Source: Octopus sinensis (taxonomy: Eukaryota). Taken from it: a stretch of 64,000 bases of DNA. Of this stretch, positions 24,891 through 38,782 are shown in pieces (position 1 is the first letter of the stretch; each line of letters begins with the position of its first letter). The notes under the pieces are model-generated. The model was given only the letters and a program-made list of their open reading frames with translations. It searched no databases and was not told the origin of the DNA. The translations under genes were made by a program, and so were the position numbers. Where the stretch lies: contig NC_043000.1 of the NCBI RefSeq assembly GCF_006345805.1, forward strand, positions 4,712,001-4,776,000, read 5' to 3'.

Positions 24891-25509
24891 ATTCTTATGT
24901 GAATAGATGAACACATTTGGGTGTATACATTAGCAGTTCAAACAAAGCACCAACACAACCACGTATTTACAAACACCAGGCACTCTCTTAACTTAAAAAA
25001 GTCTTGTCACTTTGTTAGCGACTGGTTTAAGCTCTCTCAACAACTTCAATTAAAACGAAACACACACACACTCACACACACACTCACACACGTGCACACA
25101 CACACACGTGCGCACACACACACACACACACACACGTGCACACAAAAATCCATTTGTGTGGTGTGATTTCATTGTTAAGGACATTGTCTATACTAGTATG
25201 ATGATATTCTCATAGGATTTCCATGAATTAGCTGGTTAATTTGATTTATTTTACAGTAGCTGCTTTGTCGCTTTACAGATACTATCTGCGTCATCACTGT
25301 CAAGTGTCATGTGCCACTTGATAAAGCAGACAGAAAGCTATCCATCCTCTTGTCTTAATCTATTATTGTCATTAATATTGTTTAGGTCTTTGTGCATATT
25401 TATTGGTACATAGCCTAATGCAACTATGATGATAGCTACAAAGGAGAACTCATAGACAAGCTACAAGAACTGCAAGTTCTGCATTAATTAATGTATGTAT
25501 GTATGTATG

Positions 25510-25945
25510 CATGTGAGAGAGAAGTGCATGCTATCAAAGTGACACTGGGGTAAAATATACGAAGCCCAGTGTAGCCATCATGACTACTCATCTGATAAGG
25601 GTACACCAGGCACATGCACCACAACCTTATGTGCGCAACATGGTGATCTCATATCAAAATTAACAGCATGTGACCTTGCAGGTGAGGCCCTGTAAGAATT
25701 TTCTTCAGGTTGAGTAGCCCATCCCAATGATAAAGGTCCTTGAGTAAGGCTTGTTTAAGGATGTTGTTTGAAACACCCATGTTTCCAAAGGTGAATTATC
25801 CAAACCCCAAAGAATTCCTCTCAACATATGGCTCTGATGCTCCCCCACTACAAGTGATCAGAGATGCACATATCGTCAGCCACTAAGGGACATGGTCAAC
25901 TGGTTAAGGTCAAGCAGATGACAAGCAAATCTGTGGTATTGAGCA
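25510..25945 (-). mobile_element. Non-coding interspersed repeat, family F
   Basis: Reverse-complement homology to 60736-61290; partial copy at 30520-30730. Confidence 0.7.
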
Positions 25946-25972
25946 GAATATTTGCTGTTGCCTGTATGTATG

Positions 25973-26006
<34 letters not shown>

Positions 26007-26471
26007 TGTATGTATGTATGTATGTATGTGTATGTATGTATGTATGTATGTATGTATGTATGTATGTGTGTGTATGTATGTATGTATGTATGTATGTATG
26101 TGCGCGCGTGTGCATGTTCATGAGTGTGTGTGTGTGTGTGCCCTTGTCTTGATATTATTCGATAGTTCTAAACATCATTTTTCGCAAATTCTTTTTGCTA
26201 AAAAGATGCCCCAGAGCATTTCCAAGGGCACCGTGAAAAAAAAATCTGAAAAAAATCCCCGTTGAAACGGAGAAATTTCAATTTGTTGGAGCTACTCATC
26301 TCGGACGTCCGCCCAGATCTAAATGTTGCATGGTATCTGATCTAATCAACAGAATTTTGTCAACTAAGGTTGGTATGCAAGATATGAGGCAAGGCAATGG
26401 AATGGTATCAGAGACCAGCGTATAGAGGTACAAGAAACCTTTTTGAATATTTTATTGCATTAGTACTTTAA

Positions 26472-26783
26472 CCCCTTACCCGGCAGAAACGAATATATGC
26501 GTTTTGACCGAAATCGTTTTTTTCTATCTCTGGCGAGTCAACTCATCAAAAGATAGACTCGCCAAAATCGACAGCAAACGAGTTCCTTCGTCTATTATAA
26601 ACTCTTTTTTGACATATACGAGTATATTCGCTCACTTTATACGTCTGGCAGTGACAATGAGTCCTTTTGATTTTTTTTCTTTGTATATAGATGAAAGAGT
26701 TATAGAGCATGTATTGACTGAAACTAATAAAAAATATGTCTGAAAAAATACATTTATTTTCAAAATAATTGTTGGGTAAGGGG
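26472..26783 (+). mobile_element. Internally deleted piggyBac element with TTAA TSD
   Basis: TTAA-CCCCTTACCC...GGGTAAGGGG-TTAA; internal SPFDFFSLYIDERVIEHVLTETNKKY resembles the piggyBac transposase N-terminal DDE region. Confidence 0.88.
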
Positions 26784-27532
26784 TTAAGAAAATAAAACAG
26801 AAGTTAAGAGTGCGATGCGTTACGGAAAATAAAAAATTCTATGTAAAGGGGAATAATTAAGAGTGTACTAAAGTAGTTGATATTAAAAGACACATTGTAA
26901 AACCTGTGTTATAATAGGGGAAATTTTAAAATGATATATTATTCATTTCATAAACCAAACATCTCCGGAATAAAATCATGTCTGCCTGTTTATATAAGAT
27001 AGTTTTGATTAATATTTAAATGGTAAAATAATAAAAATGGTACACTTTTTTGAGGAAGTGAAGAAAATTGATAAAACCTGCAGTAGTGTAAGGGAGGTAA
27101 CTCTGCTAGCAAACTAAAAAGTGGAATTTATTTTATCGACTCGGAAGGGATGTCAAAGTGAATCCAGGCAGGATTTTAAACCGGATCATAAAAATAGGGA
27201 GCACATACCACAAGATACTATGCGGGTTCTGCCAGTCATATATGATTTTGTAATCTGGTCATCTAAATTCTCTGTATTTCTACATCTAGAACATTTTGCC
27301 GGAGAATTATTCACTATAGATATATTGGTTTCAAATTTTGGCACAACGCCGGCAATTTCGAAGGAGAAGGTAATTTCGATTACATAGACCCTAGTGCCCG
27401 ACTGGTACTTTTCTAACTGACCCCGAAAGGATGAAGGGCAAAATCGACCCTGGCAGAATTTGAATGCCGAATGTAAAGACGGACGAAATGCCACTAAGCA
27501 TTTCCCCTGGTGTGCTAATGGTTATATAATAA

Positions 27533-27792
27533 TAATGAAATTATTGTATACAGTGCTCAGGTGCACCACAACTTGTCAGAAAGTGCATATAAAGCATATG
27601 CAGTAATGTACAAATGTCTGGGAAGTGAACAGTGTATGAGTCAGATACATGCTTGCGTGTGTATGGAGGGGAGAAAATCAGGTGTAGTGTTGGCGAATCT
27701 CAGGAAGCATGGAAGTTTTGAAGGATGCAGGGCTCCGACAAGTAACAACTGATGCTGGCAGTTTGTTCCATGCTTCAGCAACCCTCAGCGTT
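27533..27792 (-). mobile_element. CR1-type LINE 3' end
   Basis: TLRVAEAWNKLPASVVTCRSPASFKTSML...* then 3' UTR and (ATT)n; similar tail on + near 28715-28765. Confidence 0.75.
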
Positions 27793-28105
27793 CTGCCATC
27801 TCACTTCCTTTGTTTAATATAGAAATATTAACATGTATTTTACAGGCATGATAGACCAAGATATGACATGAAAATCATGATTGTCAATGAAAGGATGGCA
27901 ATGGTCTCGTTTTTGTCCTGGTTTTGCCTTTTTTCCTCCTCTTGAAAATTTTGCTTTAGGAAAAATATTATGAATGATATTCTCTTGATAATGGTAAATT
28001 CTTGATAGACTGAATCCATAACCTATTTGGAATACTGTCACTAAAACTCCTCATATTACATTACAGTTAGTTTTCTCTCTGAAAAACACTTCCATTTTTA
28101 TTTAT

Positions 28106-28496
28106 TACTCGCAGTATCATCCGGCGTTGCTCGGGTTTGTTTCGACCATTTAAAATTGAAATTTTTGAAAAGTAAAAATATTGCATTATGTAGCTTGTTA
28201 TTCTCTTTAAATGAACCTTTTTCTGGTTGAAATACACTGAAAAATGGCGACACAGCAGTCAAAAAATCTTTAAAAAATAGGGATTTTCATAGAAAAAAAA
28301 GCATCTTTTTGATATAAATAATTTTTGGTGTTAACATGGTCCGATTTGAAGTTTTTCTTCTACGGAAAGAAGAGCAAGCCTTCTTCTATCATACTCTCAA
28401 TTTTGGTCAACTTGCGCCGCAGGGTCTCGGAGGAGATAGTATTAGTTGAAGGCTACCAAACCTGCCATACACAGACAACTCCCGCTTTATATATAG
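28106..28496 (+). mobile_element. Non-autonomous Helitron/Helentron-like element, second copy
   Basis: High similarity to 19275-19664. Confidence 0.6.
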
Positions 28497-28811
28497 AGAG
28501 ATTTTTAAACTATCCACATCAGCTGTTAGCTGTCACGATACTACATCCTTCCTGAAATTTGCCACGACTGCTCCCTTTCCTCTTTATGGCACTTTTACTG
28601 TTTCTGTTTCAGTCTTTACGTATTTCTGTGTTGTGCCTGTAATTTTGGCTGTTATTGCGGTCTTTTTTTACTTGATTTCTTCCTGCTTTTTGTCCCTTCT
28701 TGTACCCTTTTCCAACAAGTTGTTGTGCAGCTGAGCTCTGTGCACAATAAGCTTATTATTATTATTCTAAAGATATGGGTTCTATCAAGCTGATTTGTTC
28801 TAGATATAGAT

Positions 28812-29140
28812 GAAGGTGCAAGGCTCAGTGGTTAGAGCACCAGGCTCACAATCATGTGGTAGTGAGTTCAATTCCTGGACTGGGTTGTGTGTTGTGTTCT
28901 TGAGCAAGACACTTTATTTCATGTTGCTCCAGTTCATTCAGCTGTAGAAATGAGTTACAACGTCACAGGTGCCAAGCTGTATCAGTATTTACCTTTCCCT
29001 TGGGTAACATCAGTTGAGAGGGGAGACTGGTATGCATGGGTGACTGCTAGTCTTCCATAAACAATCTTGCCCACTCTTGTGCCTCAGAGAGTAACCTTCT
29101 AGGTGCAATCCCATGGTTATTCATGACCAAAGGGGGTCTT
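28812..29140 (+). mobile_element. SINE family D
   Basis: GGCTCAGTGGTTAGAGC head; TTCTTGAGCAAGACACTT core. Confidence 0.85.
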
Positions 29141-29448
29141 TACAGTGGGTATCCCTTTATCCCAAAAGCATACAAATGGATTTATTCTGGGACTTCAGAT
29201 TGTTTATCATATTTCAAAGTGGTATATTCGCATCTATAAAATAAGACAGCTAGACATAGGACCCAAAGCAAATCATGTTTTCCGTTTCTATTTCATATTA
29301 CAACTTTTGCATAAGTCATGTAAACCATTTACTATTTCTGTGATATCCTCAATGCCCGAAGCACTTACTGTTTTTGCTTAATGTTTAATCCAGCACTGAG
29401 GTTGTTTTATAAAAATTTGTTGGTAGTCCAGTATCACAAGAGATGTAA

Positions 29449-29895
29449 GTGTAGGAGTGGGTGTGTGGTAAGTAGCTTGCTTACGAATCACATGGTTCCG
29501 GGTTCATTCCCACTGTGTGGCACCTTGGGCAAGTGTCTTCTGCTATAGCCTCGGGCCGACCAAAGCCTTGTGAGTGGATTTGGTAGACGGAAACTGAAAG
29601 AAGCCCATTGTATATATGTGTGTGTGTGTGTGTGTGTTGTGTGTGTGTGTGTGTATGTGTGCGTGTGTGTTTGTATGCTTGTGTGTCTGTGTTTGTGACC
29701 CCAACATTGCTTGACAACTGATGCTGATGTATTTACATCCCCATAACTTAGCGGTTCAGCAAAAGAGACCGATAGAATAAGTACTTGGCTTACAAAGAAT
29801 AAGTCCTGGGGTCGATTTGCTCGACTAAAGGCGGTGCTCCAGCATGGCCACAGTGAAATGACTGAAACCAGTAAAAGAGTAAAAGAGTAAAGAGA
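29449..29895 (+). mobile_element. SINE family B, full length
   Basis: Head, internal (TG)n and tail. Confidence 0.9.
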
Positions 29896-31326
29896 GTTTG
29901 AGAACGTTTTGTTTTTCACCACAATTCTGTCTATGTACGTTCACCGCATGAGACATCTACATGTTTCTTTTGTTTTCTCTACATTCATTGTCAGTCATCT
30001 ATTACAGTGTATTTTTTAAAAACCTTTTCCAGAAATTCTATTTGCAGTGCTTCTCAAACTGAAAAGATCTTGAAGTTTGAACTTTTAGATAAAGGCTTAT
30101 CAACTACATGAAGAAGATATCTTCAGTGTTGTTCCTAAGATTCTCCATGTGTGGAATTCACCCAGAAAACCTGATGGTTAGAAATGGTTTCCTAATTATA
30201 AAAGAAGATACATTAAATGAAAGACAGAGCTAGATGATGGTATTTAAAAGTCAGGTATGTATGCCACCTGCTACAGGTGCATCACATCATATTCTTTTTA
30301 TTTCTTTGTTTGTTTTGGTTACTGGGACTGCAGCTCTGCTGGAGAAACACCTTAAAAGGTGAGACAAACGAATCACTCCCAGTACTTAGGTATTTTTTTA
30401 AAGTTTGGTACCAACTCTATTAGTCTCTTTTGTTGAACCACTAGCTTACAGGGAAGTAAATAAAACAACACTAATCGTCAATGAGTGGTATGAGTCAAAC
30501 ACACACACACACACATACACATGCACAGACAGATTCAGCGCTGAGTTGCTGAAGCAGAAATATCATTATAGCAAATATTCTGCCGCAGATCTGTTTGTCA
30601 GTAGCTCGACTTTAACCATTTGAGCATGACTCTTAGTGGCTGATAATGTGTGCATCTCTGATCACGAGCAGAAGTAGTGGAGGAGCATCATAGCCATGTA
30701 TTGAGAAGGATTCTTTGGAGTTTGAATAAATGTAATAAAAGCAAAGTTTGAAGGAAATATTAACCGATTTTCATTTTTCCAGAGGTAAGCAAATACAAAA
30801 TAACCATTGCTACCCAAGGGCAAAAATCATGTTACACAGTGTTATTCATGGACTGAAGGGGCAGCATCAAAAGTTATTAAACGGTTGTTATTAAGCAGTA
30901 CTTTTGACCATGAGGTCAAACAAAAGTAAAAAGTGGTACTTTTGATTGTGAATCATAAAATCTATGATAAGATATGATTGATAAATTCAAAAGATCATCA
31001 CTTGTGAGACTTCTTCCACTAACAAATGGAATATGATAACTTCAGTTGTGGTGGCGATTTATGATCAAATTTTCTTCAGAAATGTTTCTTTCTTTCACCT
31101 GTTCATTCTCTATGAAGTGTTTCTCTGTAACAGAAAAATGTGTTGTGCTGATTGCCTCCAATATAAATATTTTACACACTCTCTCTATTTATCTCTCCCT
31201 GCTGGATCTGACTGCCTGCCTCTCTGTCTGCTAGTCTGTCTGTCTGTCTCTCTCTTTCTTCCCTCTCTCTCTTGCTCCCCCTCTCTCTCTCTTTTTCTAT
31301 CCATCTATCCATCTATCCATCCATCC

Positions 31327-31414
<88 letters not shown>

Positions 31415-31447
31415 GTCTGTCAGTCTGTCTGTCTGTATGTCCGTCCG

Positions 31448-31480
<33 letters not shown>

Positions 31481-31499
31481 CCATCCATCTATCCATCTA

Positions 31500-32790
31500 C
31501 GAGGGACGTTCAATAAGTAATGCCTCAGACCCACTTGCAGTTGTTTGATCTAGTTGAAATTTTGCATATGCAATCATTTATATCTCTATAGAGTAAGTGG
31601 CAAATTACAGCTCTGAATTAATTGTGGTTTTTGATTTACAGGTGTTTGAACCGAGTCAAGTGTGAAATGGAGCCTGTTGAGTGTCGAGCAGTGATCCGGT
31701 TTTTGTATTTGAAAGGACGCACACCACGGGAGACTTTTGATGAAATGAAAGTAACTTATGGTGATGATGCCCCATCATATGACCTTGTAAAACGCTGGCA
31801 TCGTGAATTCAAACATGGTCGGAACTCTGTGGAAACAGCTCCCAGATCTGGTCGCCCCCTACTGCTATTGATGAGGCATCTGTCCGTCAAGTTGAGGCTG
31901 CCATTTTGGAAGATTGACGCATAACTATTCGCCAAATAGCCCATGAGGTCAAGATTAGTACCGGGTCTGTGGAAACTATCATTCATGACCATTTGCATAT
32001 GCAAAAGGTGTCTGCCAGATGGATTCCCAGGTTGCTCATGCCCTTCCAGAAGCAAGAACGCGTCGAGTGCTCGAGGGTGAATTTGGAGATGTGCCAAGAA
32101 GATGAGTCAAAATTTTTCAAAAGACTGATTACACATGATGAAACCTGGGTCCATCACGATGATCCAGAGACCAAAGCCCAGTCAATGCAGTGGAAGCACC
32201 GTGACTCACCCCCTCCAAAGAAGGCAAGGGTGCAGCCATCCGCTGGCAAGGTCATGCTCACAGTCTTCTGGGACCAGGACGGAGTAGTGATGACAGATTT
32301 CCTGGCAAAGGGTACCACAATTGCAGGAGCCTATTATGCTTCACTTTTGAGGAAATTAAGAGAAGTTATCAAAATCAAGAGGCGGGGCAAGATCAGCAAA
32401 GGCATCCTCCTCCTGCAGGACAACGCTCCAGTCCACAACTCGCTTGTCGCCAGATCAGAAGCACAGGCGTATGGCTATGAACTCCTCCCCCATCCCCCTA
32501 CTTTCCTGACCTTGCACCCTCTGATTTTCACCTCTTCCCAGTCATGAAGTTGTTTTTGAAAGGAAAGCGTTTCCCAGATGATGCAGCCTTGATTTCTGAA
32601 GTCGCGTTCAGGTTGGAGGACCAAGCTGGGGTCTTCTACAAAAACGGTCTCCAGAGCTGCATCAAACAATGGGAGAAATGCGTAACTCTGGGTGGTTCCT
32701 ATGTAGAAAAAGACTAATAACTGTGCCAAGTTTCGTTGTTCTACTGTTATGGGAAGTGGGTCAGGGGCATTACTTATTGAACACCCCTCG
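31500..32790 (+). mobile_element. Near full-length mariner transposon (1291 bp), inactivated
   Basis: TA TSD; TIRs CGAGGGACGTTCAATAAGTAATGCC / GGCATTACTTATTGAACACCCCTCG; inserted in an (ATCT/ATCC)n microsatellite. Confidence 0.97.
31667..32717 (+). pseudogene. Mariner DD34D transposase pseudogene
   Basis: MEPVECRAVIRFL...WIPRLL...ITHDETW...QDNAPVH...PDLAPSDF...YVEKD*; about 2 frameshifts (near 31860 and 32520) and one in-frame TGA. Confidence 0.93.
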
Positions 32791-32935
32791 TATCTATCTA
32801 TTTATCTGTCCGTCCCTCCGTCCGTCCATCCATCCATCCATCTATCTATCTATCTATCTGTCAGTCTGTCTGTCTATATGTCCGTCTGTCCGTCCGTCCA
32901 TCCATCCATCCATCTATCTATCTATCCATCTATCC

Positions 32936-32986
<51 letters not shown>

Positions 32987-33232
32987 CATCCATCTATCTA
33001 TCTATCTCTATGTGTTTTGAATCTTTCTCTTAAACATGTATCTCAATTAATAATGGCCAATGTAAATGTTGTTTCACTAATTTATTTCCCTGGTCACACT
33101 TTACATTGTACAGAGAGAGCAGGAGAGAGTAATGAGCGATATAGAGGGACTTAACGTAAGCGGTGTATGTTGAGTGCACCTTCTCAGCTTAAAGCAGGTA
33201 ATGAATAAAGAAACACAACACACACACACGAA

Positions 33233-33275
<43 letters not shown>

Positions 33276-34098
33276 GAGAGAGAGAGAAAGAATCGTAGAG
33301 ACAGAGGAAAAAGAGGTAAAGTAGAAAAGGGAGTAAATGATAGAATAATTAAGATATATTTTTCTTTCGAAAATTAGGGTTCATTTCATCATTTTAAATA
33401 AGAACCAAAAAATTTGATTCAAGTTAGATTATAAATATAATTATTGCATTTATGCCGTATTTTTTATATTACCTATTGTGGCCAAAATATACTTCTGAAA
33501 TTACACGCCATAAAATGAATAACACCCTAGTATTTTAATAAACACTTTAATTCCACATTTGCAGTTTTACCTCCTTGTTAAATCTTTTAAAATCACACTT
33601 ATAGGGAACTATAGAACTATAATTCAGTTTGCCTAAGTTGCCAACACCTCTTGGACTAGTCTTGATGAAAACTAATTAACAAGTGAGGATTTTTGGAAAA
33701 AAATATTTGAGGTACATCAGCAAATCTAACTGTGTTTGAAGTATATTAGCGAATAAGAGATAGAACTTGATTTGTCATGGAAAATGAATCTCTCACAAGA
33801 TTTCTCTCCCTTCTGTAAAAACTTTTTTTCTTATGTTCTGATTCATATTTTATACACATTTCAGTGGCTTGGTGGATATTATTCGAAGTTTTTTTTTATT
33901 TTACATTATTATATAATGAACTTTCATTACAAATATTTCGAGACAAACATAGTGTTATGACATTGTATATCAATATACTAATTATTGATTTTCAATTCTC
34001 TCTCTGACAGATTTTGTAATCTAATTTTGAAAAATAATCACTTTTTTCTGTTCTGCATTATTCTGCATAATTTTTTCTTCAAAATTTACAACTTAAAC

Positions 34099-34139
<41 letters not shown>

Positions 34140-34268
34140 CATGTGTGTGTATATGTTTGTGTGTCTGTGTCTGTCCCCCAACATCGCTTGACAATTGTTG
34201 CTGGTGCATTTACATACCCATAATTTATATATATATATATATTATATATATATATAATATATATATAT

Positions 34269-34670
34269 AGGCACAGGAGTGGCTGTGTGGTAAGTAGCTT
34301 GTCTACCAACCACATGGTTCCGGGTTCAGTCCCACTGTGTGGCATCTTGGGCAAGTGTCTTCTGCTATAGCCCCGGGCCGACCAATGCCTTGTGAGTGGA
34401 TTTGGTAGACGGAAACTGAAAGAAGCCTGTCGTATATATGTATATATATGTGTGTGTGTGTTTGTGTGTCTGTGTTTGTACCGCCAACATCGCTTGACAA
34501 CCGATGCTGGTGTGTTTACGTCCCTGTCACTTAGCGGTTCGGCAAAAGAGACCGATAGAATAAGTACTGGGCTTACAAAGAATAAGTCCGGGGTCGATTT
34601 GCTCGACTAAAGGCGGTGCTCCAGCATGGCCGCAGTCAAATGACTGAAATAAGTAAAAGAGTAAAAGAGT
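34269..34670 (+). mobile_element. SINE family B, full length
   Basis: Head through tail; another B head follows on the minus strand at 34680-34810. Confidence 0.9.
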
Positions 34671-34812
34671 ATATATATACAATGGGCTTCTTTCAGTTTC
34701 CGTCTACAAAATCCACTCAAAAGCTTTGGTCAGCCTGAAGCTATAGTAGAAGACACTTGCCCAAGGTGCCATGCAGTGGGACTGAACCCAGAACCTAGTA
34801 GCTGGTTAGCAA

Positions 34813-34855
<43 letters not shown>

Positions 34856-35169
34856 AGAGGAAAAATCAAAACCAAGGTAGAACAAGTATCTCAAATCATT
34901 TAGAGTAATTTAATAATGGTAAGGTAAATTTGAAGCCTTACACCCATTTCTCTCTCTCTCTCTCCCCGTCTCTCTTACACACACACACACAAGCTATATC
35001 TGTACTTATGTTGGTTTGGATATTCCTGGCTGTTTGGGTTAAGAAATTCCCTTCACAATCACACAGTGTCAGCTTTGGACAATGTTTTCCCCTGTACCCT
35101 AAGGTTAATCACCTACTTGTGAATGAAATTTGAGGTGGAAACTGTACAGAAGGCCATCATATATGCATG

Positions 35170-35665
35170 GATACATGAATACTTGCATACATACATACAT
35201 GCATGCATACATACATTCATACATACACACATACATACATACATACATACATACAAACATGCATACATACATACATACATACATACATACATACAAACAT
35301 TCATACATACACACATACATACATACATACATACATACATACATACATACATACATACATACACACATTCATACATACATACATACATTCATACACACAT
35401 ACATACATACATACATACATACATACATTCATACATACATACATACATACATACATACATACATACATACATACACACATACATGCATACATACATACAT
35501 ACATACATACATACACACATACATACATACATACATACATACATACATACACACATACATACATTCACACATACATACATACATACATACATACACACAT
35601 ACATACATACATACATACATACATACATACATACACACATACACACATACATACATACATACACA
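35170..35665. repeat. (TACA)n microsatellite of about 500 bp
   Basis: Direct inspection; source of the HTYI/MYVC pseudo-ORFs. Confidence 0.97.
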
Positions 35666-36107
35666 GATGTTGCTGCAGGTAGTCATGGTTGTGTGGTTGA
35701 GAAGCTCATTTCTAACCCTGTAATCTTGGGTTCAGCCCCACTGTGTGGCACCTTGAGCAAGTGTTTTCTTCTATAAACCTCAGACAAACAATACCATTTG
35801 AGTGACAACAGTTGATGAAAACTGGAAGAAACCTGTATTGTGTGCATGTGTGTGTGTGCGTGCACACATGCACATGTATGTGTGTGTGTGTGTCGGTTCG
35901 TCTGTCTGTCTGGCATAAGTAATCTTCAATATATAACGCTCATTTTCATTGTATTTTATTCAGTGTGAAAGAATTGACATATTGCAAGCGCTATTCTCTT
36001 GTCCAAAGTAAACTGAAAATCAATTTAAAATTTTCAAATCCGCACTTTTTTTAGTGAGTGAAACACACAGGAGCTACTTTCAAATTGGCTGAAGTTATTG
36101 CTTACCT

Positions 36108-36494
36108 GGATGGAAGCACTCCGTCGGTTACGACGACGAGAGTTCTGGTTGATCCGATCAACGGAACAGTCTGCTCGTGAAATTAACGTGTAAGTGGCTG
36201 AGCACTCCACAGACATGTGTACCCTTAACGTAGTTCTCGGGGATATTCAGTGTGACACAGAGAGTGACAAGGCCGGCCCTTTGAAATACAGGTACAACAG
36301 AAACAGGAAGTAAGAGTGAGAGAAAGTTGTGGTGAAAGAGTACAGCAGGGATCACCACCATCCCCGCCGGAGCCTTGTGGAGCTTTAGGTGTTTTCACTC
36401 AATAAACACTCACAACGCCCGGTCTGGGAATCGAAACCACAATCCTACGACCGTGAGTCCACTGCCCTAACCACTGGGCCATTGCACCTCCTAG
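36108..36494 (-). mobile_element. SINE family A, full length, 10-bp TSD
   Basis: TTGCTTACCT at 36098-36107 and 36495-36504. Confidence 0.93.
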
Positions 36495-36869
36495 TTGCTT
36501 ACCTATACTGTATTACGCATTACTGAGGGTGAACTTATAATTATGAAATCACATTAAACTCTTATTACACTTGCCTCTTGTTCATCAGTTTCACAGGCTT
36601 AACCTTAGGAACCAGGTGTTCTAATTAATTGCAACATGACATTTCTAATTTTATTATGCTTAGTGCTGGTAATATTAATTAAATGTTTAGTTATCGTAAT
36701 GTTATGATAAATCGGCTTAGTTTTATTCATAAACTGTAATTAAATTACCCATAAAATAGATAAGTTTTTAATTAAGAAAAGAAGAGTTGCAAAAGATGAT
36801 ATTTCCAATGAACAAAATTTAACAGCTACAAAGGAAACCCCTGAAACAACTGTTGAATGACCTGCATCA

Positions 36870-37310
36870 GTGAGTGAGAAGGGAACAGGAAAAGTTTTTA
36901 AGCCTCGTTTATGCAACAAAGATTCTATAAAACTTGACTTCACATTTTCTGAAAATGAAAACAACCCTGGTGCTCTGTGTTTAGTTTGTGGGGATATACT
37001 TGCATACAAAAATATGGTACCAAACAAACTAACGCATTATTTCAGCATTAGGCATGGAAATTTGTCAATAAAACCAGTGGAATTCTTCACTGAACTTTCA
37101 AAATCTCCAAAAAGGCAGGCTTCAACGTCCACAAAGAGAATAAAGACATCAGACAAGAGGCAGTTACTTGGTTGCTCAGATAATTGCCAAAAACAAGGAA
37201 TGACATAGTATTGCTGAAAGTATTATGAAGAAATGGGAGCAAATTTCAAGAAACATCTACTACACACAGAGGTTCATTGGCTTTCAAAAGATCGTGTGCT
37301 TTGCCATGCA
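36870..37310 (+). mobile_element. hAT (Charlie/ZBED5-like) transposase relic, internally deleted
   Basis: IKLDFTF...ALCLVCGDILAYKNMVPNKLTHYFSIRH...KPVEFF, then EEMGANFKKHLLHTEVHWLSKDRVL. Confidence 0.82.
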
Positions 37311-37397
37311 TCAGCACCTTATAGCCATTGTAGATCATATTAAAATAATTAATGTCACTAACCAGAAGAGTTTGGAAAACACTGGCTAAAATCTACT

Positions 37398-38012
37398 CCC
37401 AATTCCAGAGGACATTTTTGCAAAATCAAACGGTGAAAAAATTTTCTCCACATTGGATGTCTGATGCTTATTTACAGATTACAGTAAATGACAAATGCTC
37501 AAAGTATCTGACAATAAATACACATAGAGAATTGTACTGGCCCCGTGCCGGTGACACGTAAAAGCACCATCCGTTCGTGGCCGTTTGCCAGCTCTGTCTG
37601 GCACCTGTGCGGGTGGCACGTAAAAAGCACCCACTACACTCACGGAGTGGTTGGCGTTAGGAAGGGCATCCAGCCGTAGAAACACTGCCAGATCTGACTG
37701 GGCCTGATGCGGCCTTCCGGCTTCACAGACCCCAGATGAACCGTCCAACCCATGCTAGCATGGAAAGCGGACGCTAAATGATGATGATGATGATACCCAG
37801 TACCTTTTGGATTAAAGGTTGCACCAGCAAAATTTCAGCAAATCATGGATACTATGTTATCATGGATACTATGAATCTGCAATGCCTTATTTGGACGATA
37901 CGCTGATTAAGAGTAATGTGTGCAAACTGCATGTGGAGCATATAAAAGTTGTGTTCATGAAAATTAAAGAGTACAGGTTCACTTTGAGTGAAGAAAAATG
38001 CAAATTTTGCCC
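37398..38012 (+). mobile_element. Gypsy RT fragment, interrupted by a SINE E at 37540-37795
   Basis: PIPEDIFAK...DAYLQITVNDKCSKYLTINTHRELY; P-FGLKVAPAKFQQIMD...PYLDDTLI...LSEEKCKF. Confidence 0.87.
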
Positions 38013-38014
38013 AT

Positions 38015-38480
38015 GAAATGTGACTTATCACCTGTAACACCACATGCAATTTTTGCTGTTTTACTTACCTTCAATTTTCCGATTTTTCTCCATGGATCCA
38101 CCTTTATGATTGAAATATCCCTACCTGTATCCAACTGTAGTTTAATATTTACATCATTTATTTTTAGATGTGCAAATTTTCTTGTTTTTTTGTTGTATTC
38201 ACTTACTGCTGTAAACACCTTAGAACTTTTTGCATTTGATCCTCATAAGCTTGTCCTGCAGTGTGAGCTCTTGTGGCCAAGTTTCTGACAACTATAGCGT
38301 TTTCAGTTTCTAAACAGACACCCTTTTTTGTTACGTCTGTAACAAGGATAGGGGCCTGGCACCCTTTTTTGGTTGTACTTTCCAGGTCAGCACATTTGTA
38401 TTTTTTCGGAATCTTTCTCTTGAATTTTTTCACGGCATGCTTCAGGTTTACCATTATCTGACATTCTTCTGCAATGGTCT
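38015..38480 (-). mobile_element. Gypsy gag/protease fragment, inverted relative to the adjacent RT
   Basis: LKINDVNIKLQLDTGRDISII, a retropepsin LDTG motif. Confidence 0.8.
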
Positions 38481-38782
38481 GTAGGGTTAAGTCTTAGTTT
38501 GCTTGCTCCATTTTTGAGATAATCTTATTTATATGTAGTGGTCCCATCTATTCTCATCAGGGGATGTCATACTCTTGCCACAACAGGACTAGTTGATTAC
38601 ATCAACCCCAGTGTTTCACTGGTACTTAATTTATCAACCCTTAAAGGATGAAAAGCAAAGTTGACCTTGGCGGAGTTTGAACTCAGAACGTAAGGACAGA
38701 CGAAATGCCACCAAGCATTTTGCCTGGTGTGCTAACAACTCTGCCAGCTTGTTGCCTTAACAACAACAACAACAATAATAAT

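Noticed and set aside
35105-35776. Long ORFs (up to 217 aa) rich in HTYI or MYVC
   Set aside because: Translations of (TACA)n; the same applies to similar ORFs near 9.2, 14.6, 24.4, 25.9, 31.3, 32.8 and 42.1 kb and the poly-F/Y ORF at 63.7 kb
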